32,000 nucleotides of DNA, taken from the NCBI RefSeq assembly GCF_000018105.1, contig NC_009925.1, forward strand, positions 3,840,001 through 3,872,000, in the 5' to 3' direction. Source of the DNA: Acaryochloris marina MBIC11017. GTDB lineage: Bacteria > Cyanobacteriota > Cyanobacteriia > Thermosynechococcales > Thermosynechococcaceae. The translations under genes and the position numbers were made by a program. Below the pieces are notes generated by a model. It searched no databases, had not been told where the DNA came from, and saw only the letters and a list, made by a program, of their open reading frames with translations. Of this stretch, positions 16,907 through 25,793 are shown piece by piece (the stretch's first letter is position 1; every line of letters starts with the position of its first letter).

Positions 16907-18595
16907 TCATATCGAATTCTTGCCATCTAATCGAGTCAAAACTTTTTGGAAATAAGACTGGATTACAGGCTGAAGTCGCTTCCATGCCCACTCCAAGGCA
17001 CTTTCAAGCCAGGCCGTGATGCGATCTAACCCAGCTAGAATCCGTTCTAGAGGGTGTTTGTCGTAGCCCACCATCACGGCATCTACCTCAATTTCAATGG
17101 AGCCATCTTGGGCATAGGCTGTGGCTGGAGAAGCGGTCGTTTCTAACCCTGGAGATACTTCAGTTGCCAAGATAGAAACCCCAGGGCCTGGCGTTGTTGT
17201 TCTGGTTGAGGTTGTTGTTGCTGCCGTAGAAATCTTTTCGCCACCATAGAGGTCAGCCCAAGATAGTCTTGAGAACGTCTGGCTGTGGGGTGGAGCAGCC
17301 TGTTGAGTCTGAGTTGTGGGCTGACGGGTGGGTTGAGGGAGTCCCAAGAGGGCCGACATGGCTGAACGCAAGGTGTTGGGAATCCAGGTTGCAGCATACC
17401 GAACTGGATTTTCAGGGGGCTGTCCGCCTAAGGTCGGGTCTTGACTGAGAATGCTAAGGCTAGGCTGAAGCTGGGCCTGCTGCTGTTTCCAATGTTGAAC
17501 GACATAGTCTGATAGGTCTGTTGCGGTGGGACCCATGACTTCCCACGATGCGGTCTCCCATGATGCGATCGCACCATCTAACATCTCAATGGCATCTTGA
17601 GTTAGTTTGGGCGTCAGCTGATCAAGGGTCGCGGCTAATCCCTGAGGTAAAGCCAACGGAAGCGGGTAGGAGGTTGCATCCCCGGTTAAGGCCAAGGCTT
17701 CCTGAAATAAATTAACTTTTGCAGCCATAGGTCCTGTTTGCATCCAGGTCATGGCCTTTCGGAAGGCTCTCACAGGGGGCAGCATTTGCGATCGCGTTTT
17801 TGGCATCGGCAACTGCCGGAAGTTGGTTTTCGCCAGGTGCTGGAAATCTTTGCTGAGGCGTTTTTGTCGGCGATAATTGGCCAACTCCCATACCATCAGC
17901 TTGTGCAATTCCCGTTGCTGGGCCGGAGTCAGAACATCGATAGCCTCATTGTCGGGGGTCACCAGGGAGACATGGGTGGATTGTAAATCACAGGCGATTC
18001 CCTGAATTTTGACCGCGGGCTCTGAGGTAATGCCCAACCAACGCGTTGCTTTGTTATGGAGAGGGTTTCGTTCCGCCCACCGTTGGATCCACTTCTGGTA
18101 CCGGACTCGAATCGTAGGACGTCGGTGAGAGAGTCCGTCAATCTGGACGGAGAATTGCGGCTCTTCAGCCCATGCATCATCTTCGGCGTCTTCACCCTGC
18201 TCAGGTTCGAGAGTATCAATCTGAATCGCAGCTAATACATTGCGAATGGGACCATCGGCATGGCTCGCCAAGCTATCTTGACTCGGATCTGCCACAGCTT
18301 TTAACAATCGCTGGCCTTGCACATCTCCCTGACGGAGGGCCTGTTGGGTGAATCGGGACACTTGAAAGAGTAAATAGATAGGGTACAACCCCATCTGCAT
18401 TCCCCAGAGGCTGGTGACTTTAGCCTGGCGCAAATTCCGTTGCCATTGCTCCGTCAACTCTCGGGATTGCTGGAGGATGAGATTAAATAATCGGCTCTGG
18501 TAACGGCGTTCCGCTGTCATAATTTCAGTGAAATCCTTGCTCTCGCCAGGGAGATTTTCAATTAGGGAAGGTTGCCCATTTATTGTAAGCTCCAA
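16907..18595 (-). CDS. Conserved hypothetical protein (one predicted TM segment, acidic patch, Thr/Pro/Gln-rich region)
   Basis: 562-aa ORF. The track start at 18595 is a TTG, and the first ATG is at 18520 (MTAERRYQ...). The hydrophobic segment is SLWGMQMGLYPIYLLFQV. I recognised no family. Its stop lies only 53 nt upstream of psbI on the same strand. Confidence 0.7.
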   Translation of the reverse strand: MELTINGQPSLIENLPGESKDFTEIMTAERRYQSRLFNLILQQSRELTEQWQRNLRQAKVTSLWGMQMGLYPIYLLFQVSRFTQQALRQGDVQGQRLLKAVADPSQDSLASHADGPIRNVLAAIQIDTLEPEQGEDAEDDAWAEEPQFSVQIDGLSHRRPTIRVRYQKWIQRWAERNPLHNKATRWLGITSEPAVKIQGIACDLQSTHVSLVTPDNEAIDVLTPAQQRELHKLMVWELANYRRQKRLSKDFQHLAKTNFRQLPMPKTRSQMLPPVRAFRKAMTWMQTGPMAAKVNLFQEALALTGDATSYPLPLALPQGLAATLDQLTPKLTQDAIEMLDGAIASWETASWEVMGPTATDLSDYVVQHWKQQQAQLQPSLSILSQDPTLGGQPPENPVRYAATWIPNTLRSAMSALLGLPQPTRQPTTQTQQAAPPHSQTFSRLSWADLYGGEKISTAATTTSTRTTTPGPGVSILATEVSPGLETTASPATAYAQDGSIEIEVDAVMVGYDKHPLERILAGLDRITAWLESALEWAWKRLQPVIQSYFQKVLTRLDGKNSI

Positions 18596-18885
18596 TGATC
18601 CTTCCAGATGTTTTGGCCTGGGATGTGTTATGTGCCAAGGGAATAGGACAAAGTGAACTCAAATTGATCACTGACAAAAGAGTGATGACTTTTATGTTGG
18701 AAAATAGGGTTCGCCAGTGCTGACTATCCTCGTTCATCAGCGTCCGTTGTTTACTGGATGACTGGTGCAGTTTAACTAGTGCTCATTCTTGATGAATAAG
18801 CTTTTTGAACAAAATCGCCAATATACTGCCAATAGCTGAGGAGTATTCTGGTTGTGATTAAGCTTTTTTCTACTTGGCACAACCC

Positions 18886-19542
18886 ATGAATGACGACACC
18901 CAATCGTTCAGCTTCACACAAGATCCATCATCTCTGACCAAGATCTTGAAAGTTTTCCTGTGGATCTCTGTTGGTGTAGGGGCACTTGCAGTAGTATCTG
19001 ACATTGCTCAGTTAACCTTGCTGACCGGAGGTCCGGTCGGTTTAGCAGAGGCTAATGCAAATGATGCTAGACAAGGGCTAGTCGGCATCATTTCTATCAT
19101 TACTTTTATTATTACCGGTATCACATTTCTTAGATGGGTCTATCGAGCCAATGTGAACTGTCACGGGTTTGGAGCACAAAATATGCAATTCACTCCTGGA
19201 TGGGCAGTTGGATTCTATTTTGTTCCGATTCTGAGCTTTTTTAAGCCCTGTGAGGCAATGGTTGAAATTTGGAAAATCAGCCAGGATCCAATGAACTGGG
19301 AAAATCAGTCCAATGATGCACTCGTGGGTGTGTGGTGGAGTTTATTTTTGGTCTCTAACATTGCTGGCAATATATCTATCCAAACAGCTTTAAGAGCTAA
19401 AGATCCAGAGACCCTAACACTTTCAACAGTAGCGGCTATTATTTCAACGATTGCCGGTATTGCGTTGGATATTGTTGCGGTTTCATTAGTATCCAAGATT
19501 CTGAAAATGCAACAAAAACTTGTCAATCGTTATTCTCACTAG
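18886..19542 (+). CDS. DUF4328-like integral membrane protein
   Basis: This is a multi-TM protein. The motif GWAVGFYFVPILSFFKPCEAMVEIWKIS matches my memory of the DUF4328 signature. ATG at 18886 is preferred over the track TTG at 18874. Confidence 0.65.
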   Translation: MNDDTQSFSFTQDPSSLTKILKVFLWISVGVGALAVVSDIAQLTLLTGGPVGLAEANANDARQGLVGIISIITFIITGITFLRWVYRANVNCHGFGAQNMQFTPGWAVGFYFVPILSFFKPCEAMVEIWKISQDPMNWENQSNDALVGVWWSLFLVSNIAGNISIQTALRAKDPETLTLSTVAAIISTIAGIALDIVAVSLVSKILKMQQKLVNRYSH

Positions 19543-19752
19543 ATCCTAGCAAGTAGTTTGATTCCGTAACGGATCTTGTAGACCCGTTCAAGACCCCATG
19601 AGTGTCCCTGTTCTATTGATTCTTACGTGGTCAGGGACACGATGTTTATAGCCCTCAGACTGACAGTAGAGTTTTGATCGAAAACAGTTGCAGGAAGTTA
19701 AATTCTAGGCAAGGCTGAGTATTGTTCTAACGTCCAGTGCGCTTGAATAGCT

Positions 19753-20169
19753 ATGACCCACTCCCAGCATCTTCTCAAAGTTCCAACCCAAGGAAAATCT
19801 TTCCATAACATCACCCGGCAAGTGCAGGCTGTGGTTACTGAATCTGGGATGTCCATGGGACTTTGTACCTTATTTCTTCGCCATACGTCAGCTAGCTTGG
19901 TGATTCAAGAAAACGCTGATCCAGATGTTTTGCAGGATTTAGAAACGTTTTTAGCGCGAATTGTGCCAGAAGGCCCCCACTATCGACACAGTACCGAAGG
20001 CCCGGATGACATGCCAGCTCATATCCGTACGGCTTTGACCCACACCTCAGAATATATCCCGATTCGCCAAGGTCGTTTAGCCACAGGAATCTGGCAAGGC
20101 ATCTATGTATGGGAGCATCGTCAGCATGGTTCAAACCGGGAAGTAATTGTGCATTTGTCTGGGGAATAA
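19753..20169 (+). CDS. yjbQ: YjbQ/UPF0047 family protein (secondary thiamine-phosphate synthase-like)
   Basis: 138 aa. Family motifs are present: FLRHTSASLVIQENADPDV, HSTEGPDDMPAHIRTALT, GRLATGIWQGIYVWEHR and REVIVHLSG. Confidence 0.85.
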   Translation: MTHSQHLLKVPTQGKSFHNITRQVQAVVTESGMSMGLCTLFLRHTSASLVIQENADPDVLQDLETFLARIVPEGPHYRHSTEGPDDMPAHIRTALTHTSEYIPIRQGRLATGIWQGIYVWEHRQHGSNREVIVHLSGE

Positions 20170-20297
20170 TCTTCCCTTGTGTATCTCTTTGGAAGTCTTT
20201 TATTTCAAGGGTTTGAGCCTATATTTGAGATGGTTGGACTACACAAAACTAAATAATTCTTTACAATACAAGCGGTAACTCTATTGTTCTCGTCATC

Positions 20298-20702
20298 ATG
20301 CCCCTGCTTTCACTTTCTGGGCAACGGCCCACCTCCTTAGGTCTCAAGAAGAATCAACTCACGCCTTGTCCTAACACACCGAACTGTGTGTGCAGCCAAG
20401 ATCCCGATCCGGGGCATCAGATAGACCCCCTCACCTTTGAAGGTACTCCCAAAGAGGCCTTTGCCAAGCTTAAAACCATCTTGGCTGATACGGGGAATGC
20501 CGAAATTATTCAGGAAACCCGTAACTACATTTATGCCGAATTCACCAGCGGTTTGATGGGGTTTGTGGATGATGTAGAGTTTTACCTGGATAACCGAGCC
20601 AAAGTGATTCAGGTCCGCTCTGCATCTCGTTTGGGCAAGTCAGATTTAGGGGCCAACAAATCCCGCGTTAAGTCTATCCAAAAGAAGCTGAAGAAAGCTT
20701 AG
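20298..20702 (+). CDS. DUF1499 domain protein
   Basis: 134 aa. The motif L.PCPNTPNCVCSQ....H.IDPL, followed by YAEF.S..MGFVDDVEF, is typical of DUF1499. Confidence 0.75.
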   Translation: MPLLSLSGQRPTSLGLKKNQLTPCPNTPNCVCSQDPDPGHQIDPLTFEGTPKEAFAKLKTILADTGNAEIIQETRNYIYAEFTSGLMGFVDDVEFYLDNRAKVIQVRSASRLGKSDLGANKSRVKSIQKKLKKA

Positions 20703-20723
20703 GGTTCTACCTACTCAGTTCTT

Positions 20724-21137
20724 TCACTCGCTAGCAAACGCATCAGGAAAAGCTTGCCATACCTGCTGAATCATCTGACGTAGGGCTTGGTGAGCTTTGC
20801 GATCGCGTTCTGATACGACCTTAGGATCTTCTTGATCCTGAGGTTTTTCCGTATGCATTTGTAGTAGAAATGGGAGGACTTCATCGTCCATGGCAGGCCG
20901 AAAGAACTGAGAAGGCCACACTAAATCTGCACAGTTCTGGAGACGAAAGGAAAAGAGGCCCTGAGCTGGGTAAGCCGGTTCTGAACTCTGGGTGGTCAGT
21001 TGTAAAAATAGGGGTCGCACCCAAGATCGTTGCCGAGTTTCGATGGTTTGGATCACTTCGGCGTACAAGTAGCTGCCTTGGTGCTCTAAGCAAACAATTT
21101 CGTAAGAGGTCGCATGGGAGCTAGATTGATCAGTCAT
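20724..21137 (-). CDS. Conserved hypothetical protein
   Basis: ATG at 21137 (MTDQSSSHATSYEIVCLEHQGSYLYAEVIQ...) is preferred over the track TTG at 21239. I recognised no family. Confidence 0.55.
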   Translation of the reverse strand: MTDQSSSHATSYEIVCLEHQGSYLYAEVIQTIETRQRSWVRPLFLQLTTQSSEPAYPAQGLFSFRLQNCADLVWPSQFFRPAMDDEVLPFLLQMHTEKPQDQEDPKVVSERDRKAHQALRQMIQQVWQAFPDAFASE

Positions 21138-21262
21138 GGTGGCAGGGTTGCGATCGCATACTGTTAGTCTATCCCTGAGATAGAACTCCCGACTAGGGGG
21201 AATACCGATTAAGAACACACTATGGGACAGTAGTTGCAAGCCCCCCCTATTTGAGAATCATC

Positions 21263-21571
21263 ATGACTTCTAGCATTCTTGCCGCATTTATCTATGGTCT
21301 TTTTACTCTGCTGGGCGGAATTATGGGGTATGTCAAGAGTCGGAGTAAGATTTCGTTGATTTCGGGCTGTTTCTCGGGTATGTTGCTGTTGTCAGGAGCC
21401 TTGGCGGCACTGAAAGGAAATGCTTGGGGATTGACCCTAGCAATGGTGGTGACGGCGCTTTTAATCGTTGTTTTTTTAGTTCGGTGGCTGAAAACTCGTA
21501 AAGTGATGCCTGCTGGATTAATGGTGGGACTCGGGGGTATCGCTCTTGCTGTGATGATCTTTGGGGGATAG
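21263..21571 (+). CDS. TMEM14/UPF0136 family small membrane protein
   Basis: ATG at 21263 gives MTSSILAAFIYGLFTLLGGIMGYVKSRSKISLISG. It has four hydrophobic segments and the GG.MGY.K..S..SL..G motif. Confidence 0.75.
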   Translation: MTSSILAAFIYGLFTLLGGIMGYVKSRSKISLISGCFSGMLLLSGALAALKGNAWGLTLAMVVTALLIVVFLVRWLKTRKVMPAGLMVGLGGIALAVMIFGG

Positions 21572-21602
21572 CCCCAGGCATGAGTGAATGGTTATTTCTG
21601 AT

Positions 21603-21636
21603 ACCCTTTGGCATGAAATAAGGGTTGATTTTTATT
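21603..21636 (+). terminator. Rho-independent terminator candidate after the TMEM14 gene
   Basis: ACCCTT (21603-21608) pairs with AAGGGT (21620-21625) across an 11-nt loop. TGATTTTTATT follows. Confidence 0.45.
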
Positions 21637-21822
21637 CTCTAATAGCTGAAAGTTCCTTCCCATGAAGCGAGTGGGCAACCTATGGGCGAGAGATTGATGA
21701 TGGGCTCTCAGAGTCGAACCAACCAGTAATCACAAACTATGGATAGTTATATTGCTGGTTTTGGCAGGGCTGACTACTCAGCATGAGAGTTCAGGGAACA
21801 TACAGTTTGAAAGGATTTGCCC

Positions 21823-22737
21823 ATGCTCTTAACTCAGCGCAAACAGAAAAAGAAGGTTTGGCTTGGTGAACTACTGGTTCAGAAGGGATTAATCAGTCCC
21901 GCTGAGTTATCTCAGGCATTAGCAGAACAGCGACATACTCACCTAAAGCTCGGTGAAATCTTAATTCAACGAGGATTAATCAGTCACCAGCAGCTGCAAC
22001 AGGTGCTCAATGAACAGCGGTGGCGTAATGTCGTGACGGCTGTATTGCTTTCCGTGAGTGCGTTCGTCTCTGATCTGCCCCGTCTCGTCTATAGTCAACC
22101 GATTCCTTACCACCGATCGACTTCGACGATTATCACACCTGATTCTGTTAGTGCAGGAGCGTCCCCTAAGGCAGTGGGTGGGGCACGGTCACCGCAGCCG
22201 TTGAGTCGTAATCGATATCAGGTACCCTTGCAAGCCTATGCAACCGTAACGTCTCCCCTACGGGGATTTTGCCATCCCTTAAAGGGACAAGGCCATCTGA
22301 GCCAGGGTATAAGGGGCCAAACCCATCGAGGCCGAATGGAATATGCCTACGATTTAGCAGTAAATATCGGCACTCCAGTTTATGCCATGCGTTCAGGTAA
22401 AGTGATCGCCATCCGAGATTACTATCCTGATAATGGCGGTAGCCAATCCAAATCTTCTCGTTTTAACTATGTATGGCTAGAGCATGATGGTGGCTATCGC
22501 TCCGCCTATATCCATCTGCAAAAGAAATTTAATCGAAAAGTCAACCTAAAAGTTGGACAGTGGGTGCATGCCCAACAGTTAATTGGCTTTAGCGGTAATT
22601 CGGGTTGGAGTTCTGGTCCTCACTTACATGTCGAGGTCCAAAGACCTGAACGCGTGAAACAGCTTGCGAAGAAATTTTCCAAGACGGTCCCGTTCGAGAT
22701 AGCTGGGTATTGTCCTGCAGCCCGAGTGGCTCACTAA
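21823..22737 (+). CDS. M23 family metallopeptidase with N-terminal MshEN/GspE_N-like tandem motifs and one TM helix
   Basis: The C-terminal M23 signature is present: IGTPVYAMRSGKVIAI, YIHL and GFSGNSGWSSGPHLHVEV. The N-terminus carries WLGELLVQKGLISPAELSQALAEQ-RHTHL-KLGEILIQRGLISHQQLQQVLNEQ, followed by the hydrophobic VVTAVLLSVSAFVS. ATG at 21823 is preferred over the track TTG at 21817. Confidence 0.85.
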   Translation: MLLTQRKQKKKVWLGELLVQKGLISPAELSQALAEQRHTHLKLGEILIQRGLISHQQLQQVLNEQRWRNVVTAVLLSVSAFVSDLPRLVYSQPIPYHRSTSTIITPDSVSAGASPKAVGGARSPQPLSRNRYQVPLQAYATVTSPLRGFCHPLKGQGHLSQGIRGQTHRGRMEYAYDLAVNIGTPVYAMRSGKVIAIRDYYPDNGGSQSKSSRFNYVWLEHDGGYRSAYIHLQKKFNRKVNLKVGQWVHAQQLIGFSGNSGWSSGPHLHVEVQRPERVKQLAKKFSKTVPFEIAGYCPAARVAH

Positions 22738-22882
22738 TCTCAACCAGGGATAAAATAGCCTACCCCCAAGGAGAAGATTACGGTTTCCCCTAATGCTCTT
22801 CCCTAGGTGCATTGAGGAGAAAGCGGTAACATTAGTACATATACCGCTACCCATTACTTTTCTAAGGACATCACATTTAATC

Positions 22883-23212
22883 ATGGGATTTTTTGATTCT
22901 GATATTGTGCAGCAGGAGGCAAAGCAACTGTTTGAGGATTATCAGTCCCTCATGCAGTTAGGGGGCAGCTATGGCAAGTTTGATCGGGATGGCAAAGTGC
23001 TCTATATCGAGCGCATGGAAGAAATGATGGACCGCTATCGCGTGTTTATGAAGCGCTTTGAGCTGTCCGATGATTTTATGGCCCGGATGACGGTCGAGCA
23101 ACTCCAAACTCAGCTTGGGCAGTTTGGTATGACGCCTCAGCAGATGTTTGACAATATGAATCGCACCCTAGAACGGATGAAGCAAGAGGTGGAGTCCAAT
23201 CCTTACGGGTAA
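22883..23212 (+). CDS. Small conserved cyanobacterial protein (possibly DUF1825-like)
   Basis: ATG at 22883 gives MGFFDSDIVQQEAKQLFEDYQSLMQLGG..., 109 aa in total. The track ORF from 22793 adds 30 unlikely residues. The family assignment is from memory and tentative. Confidence 0.6.
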   Translation: MGFFDSDIVQQEAKQLFEDYQSLMQLGGSYGKFDRDGKVLYIERMEEMMDRYRVFMKRFELSDDFMARMTVEQLQTQLGQFGMTPQQMFDNMNRTLERMKQEVESNPYG

Positions 23213-23304
23213 ATAAATATGAATTGATCTCAGGATTCTTTACCCAGGTTAGGGATAGGGGTCTGTTCGGGTAGATTGTCTGTAGTACTTTGGATTGGCG
23301 GGCC

Positions 23305-24186
23305 ATGAGTCTACTGACAAATCTCAATGGTGTGATAGCTGCATCGGCAACGGTTTCCGTTTTAGATCGCGGTTTCTTGTATGGTGACAGCATTTACGAA
23401 GTGGTGCGAACGTTTCAGGGTCGCCACTTTGGACTGCAAGAGCATCTGGATCGCCTCCGTCAGTCTGCAGAGCATCTATATATGGAGGTGCCGTGGAGCG
23501 ATCAGCATATTCAAGCTGAAGTAGAACGTACGCTCCAACAAGCGCCGTGGCAGGAGTCCTATATCCGCATTGTGGTCAGCCGGGGGACTGAAACTAAAAT
23601 TAGTCTTCAACCCAGTCCGAACCTGCAACCCAGCTTACTCATTGTCGCTTCGGAAATCTCGCCAGAGCCCATCTTGTCAGAGCAAGGGATACATCTGGTG
23701 ATTAGTGAGCGGCTCCGTAATGATCGTCAAGCTCTGTCTCCAGCCGCTAAAACAGGGAATTATCTCAACAATATTTTGGCGTTACTAGAAGCCCAGCAGC
23801 AGGGTGCTGAAGATGCGCTGATGCTCAATCAGCAGGGCGACATTACTGAAGCTACAACCAGTAATCTCTGGATTGTCCGAGAAGGTGTGGTGCAAACCCC
23901 ACCCGCAGATGTGGGGATTTTGAAGGGCATTACCCGTTATTTCCTGTGGCGAATTCTGCAAACCCATGGCATTCCCTGTGAGGAAGTTATCCTCAAGCCA
24001 GAAGACTTATGGTCAGCGGAAGAAGCATTTTTAAGCTCTTCTGTGCGGCTAATGATGCCTGTGAACCAAATCAATGAGTATCGACTTCCCCAGTGTCCTG
24101 GGAAAATAACGCGATTTTTATGGGAGGAGTTTTTGAGGTTGATGGCGAAGGAAAGCCACAGCTTTGAGAAAATACTGCCAGTTTAA
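23305..24186 (+). CDS. Class IV (fold type IV) PLP-dependent aminotransferase / aminodeoxychorismate lyase-like
   Basis: Family motifs are present: VLDRGFLYGDSIYEVVRT..G....L.EHLDRLRQSA, the lysine context AAKTGNYLNNILALLEA and EATTSNLW. ATG at 23305 is preferred over the track TTG at 23290. Confidence 0.8.
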   Translation: MSLLTNLNGVIAASATVSVLDRGFLYGDSIYEVVRTFQGRHFGLQEHLDRLRQSAEHLYMEVPWSDQHIQAEVERTLQQAPWQESYIRIVVSRGTETKISLQPSPNLQPSLLIVASEISPEPILSEQGIHLVISERLRNDRQALSPAAKTGNYLNNILALLEAQQQGAEDALMLNQQGDITEATTSNLWIVREGVVQTPPADVGILKGITRYFLWRILQTHGIPCEEVILKPEDLWSAEEAFLSSSVRLMMPVNQINEYRLPQCPGKITRFLWEEFLRLMAKESHSFEKILPV

Positions 24187-24236
24187 TTATTTTGGATGGT
24201 ATCCAACCAATGTGAATCACGCTTAAAACGTAGGTA

Positions 24237-24908
24237 CTAAAGCCAAGTCATTTTCTTGGTATCAAAGAGCTGACAGTCAGTAACAACGCAGGCAATATTG
24301 TTCTCTACGTCATATCCAAAAAAGGATGCATAGACACCGTCACCCCAGCCAGTCTGAAATGCTACAACGTTGGCATGTGTGTGCTTATCTATACATAAAT
24401 TAGCCCATGCAACGGAAGAAGATTGAATATCTTCTAGGATGTCTGATAATTCATCCAGCAAACTTTTCGGTTCTTCCATATAAGTCATATCATCTAGCAA
24501 GAAAGAAGCTTCATAGTCGATAAAACAACCTGTGGCTGAATCAACACCATAGCCAAAAAATTCTCCTTCTTGAAGAGAACTCAAATCATATCCTAGAAAA
24601 TTTGCCAGCTTCCATTTCAGAGGCTGTGTCTGAGTGAACTGAACCATTGCATAGGCAACTCTTGGAGACATTTTTCGATCCAGTACCTGAGCAATGCTTA
24701 AGGTAACTGGGTAGCAGCTTTTCTGAGGGAACTCAGCATCGAAAGAAGGGCTTGCACCAATCACCAATGGATCGCATGCGAATAGCTTTCCCGAAGGTAA
24801 GTATAGTAATCCTGCATCAAGTGGATTGAAAATGACCTTGCCAACATTTTTGATGTCTGCCCTGTTATGGGCCTTAAAAGCATCCAGATAGTTGAAGGTA
24901 GAGTTCAT
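24237..24908 (-). CDS. DUF4241-like protein
   Basis: 223-aa ORF. The C-terminal TGWGDGVYASFFGYD motif fits my memory of DUF4241. The gene looks AT-richer than its neighbours by eye. Confidence 0.6.
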   Translation of the reverse strand: MNSTFNYLDAFKAHNRADIKNVGKVIFNPLDAGLLYLPSGKLFACDPLVIGASPSFDAEFPQKSCYPVTLSIAQVLDRKMSPRVAYAMVQFTQTQPLKWKLANFLGYDLSSLQEGEFFGYGVDSATGCFIDYEASFLLDDMTYMEEPKSLLDELSDILEDIQSSSVAWANLCIDKHTHANVVAFQTGWGDGVYASFFGYDVENNIACVVTDCQLFDTKKMTWL

Positions 24909-25012
24909 ACAAAATATTTCTCTGCTTTCAACAGTTTTCCTAACTACTTGGAGGAAGTCTCGAAAACCTTAAAGCGATAGATGCCTTAACCTGCATTCTC
25001 TCTCCAATTGCC

Positions 25013-25399
25013 TTACCAAATGATCTCCACTGAATACTGTTGAATCTTTTTGTCCACGGTAATGATGGCAAGTTTCTCCATTTGACTTTGGGCAATGAGC
25101 AGGCGATCAAAAGAGTCATTGTGATGGGGTGCAAGATGGGCAATTCTCAGCACGTGAGGCAAGTGTACAGGTAAAATTTGAAACTGATAATACTCTAAAC
25201 GTTTTGGTATATAGATTTCAGGTGATTCAGGTAATGGCAATTTACCCAGCTTGTATTTGATTACTATCTCCCAAACACTGACGACACTGAGCAACAGAAT
25301 ATGGTCTGAATTCTCAATGAATTGTCTGGCAGCAGCAGAGAGCTGGGCATCGTTTGTATTCCACCAAAGAAAAGTATGGGTATCCAGTAATGCTCTCAT
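25013..25399 (-). CDS. vapC: Type II toxin VapC (PIN domain ribonuclease)
   Basis: 128 aa with N-terminus MRALLDTHTFLWW. PIN acidic residues sit in the expected contexts (LLDTH, VWEIVIK, NDSFDRLLIAQ). The gene starts 8 nt after the upstream antitoxin stop. Confidence 0.85.
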   Translation of the reverse strand: MRALLDTHTFLWWNTNDAQLSAAARQFIENSDHILLLSVVSVWEIVIKYKLGKLPLPESPEIYIPKRLEYYQFQILPVHLPHVLRIAHLAPHHNDSFDRLLIAQSQMEKLAIITVDKKIQQYSVEIIW

Positions 25400-25407
25400 C
25401 TACAACG

Positions 25408-25665
25408 TTATTGACCCTCAAAAGCTCGCAGGATCTCATCAGGCAATGGATCATTGAAGTTGTCCGGCACCACAAATTGCCCTTCATCGATACCCGGCCT
25501 GCGAGGTTTGAGTGGAGCCTGCTTATCGATTAGCGATGAGACCAACGTGACTTGCGCTTGGTCGTCCCCATCCACGCTAATTACTACTTCTTCGCCACCT
25601 AGTACTTGCTGCACTAAGTCAGGTAGATGTGCTGCTGCTTCTTCAACCGAAACATGAACGGTCAT
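25408..25665 (-). CDS. vapB: Type II antitoxin (Phd/YefM-like) paired with VapC
   Basis: 85 aa. The N-terminus (SVEEAAAHLPDLVQQVLGGEEVVIS) resembles prevent-host-death antitoxins. The C-terminus DNFNDPLPDEILRAFEG is common in cyanobacterial PIN-partner antitoxins. Confidence 0.75.
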   Translation of the reverse strand: MTVHVSVEEAAAHLPDLVQQVLGGEEVVISVDGDDQAQVTLVSSLIDKQAPLKPRRPGIDEGQFVVPDNFNDPLPDEILRAFEGQ

Positions 25666-25793
25666 CTTAGAGTTATCTTTTTAAGCTGATTTGCTTCCAG
25701 CCTAATCAAAATATCCAGAGAATTCAATTTCGATGAGTGAATCAACCGTTTTCGTCATGTTAGGATATCGACCGCTTGAGAGGATGGCTCAAC

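Noticed and set aside
10103-17564. HIP1-free 7.4-kb stretch as evidence of horizontal acquisition
   Set aside because: The stretch includes psbI and other genes that look native. With about 17 sites in 32 kb, a gap of this size is only marginally unlikely. I cannot compute composition statistics here.
18731-18738. CGTTCATC resembling the 5' strand of the glutamine (glnA RNA) riboswitch
   Set aside because: There is no matching GAACG closing strand and no GGAAG-type core downstream. The context, a divergent promoter region of a DUF4328 gene, does not fit.
21711-21720. GAGTCGAACC, the reverse complement of a tRNA T-loop-like GGTTCGACTC
   Set aside because: The flanking bases do not form a T-stem. 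I could not build an acceptor or anticodon arm on either side. I found no tRNA anywhere in the window.
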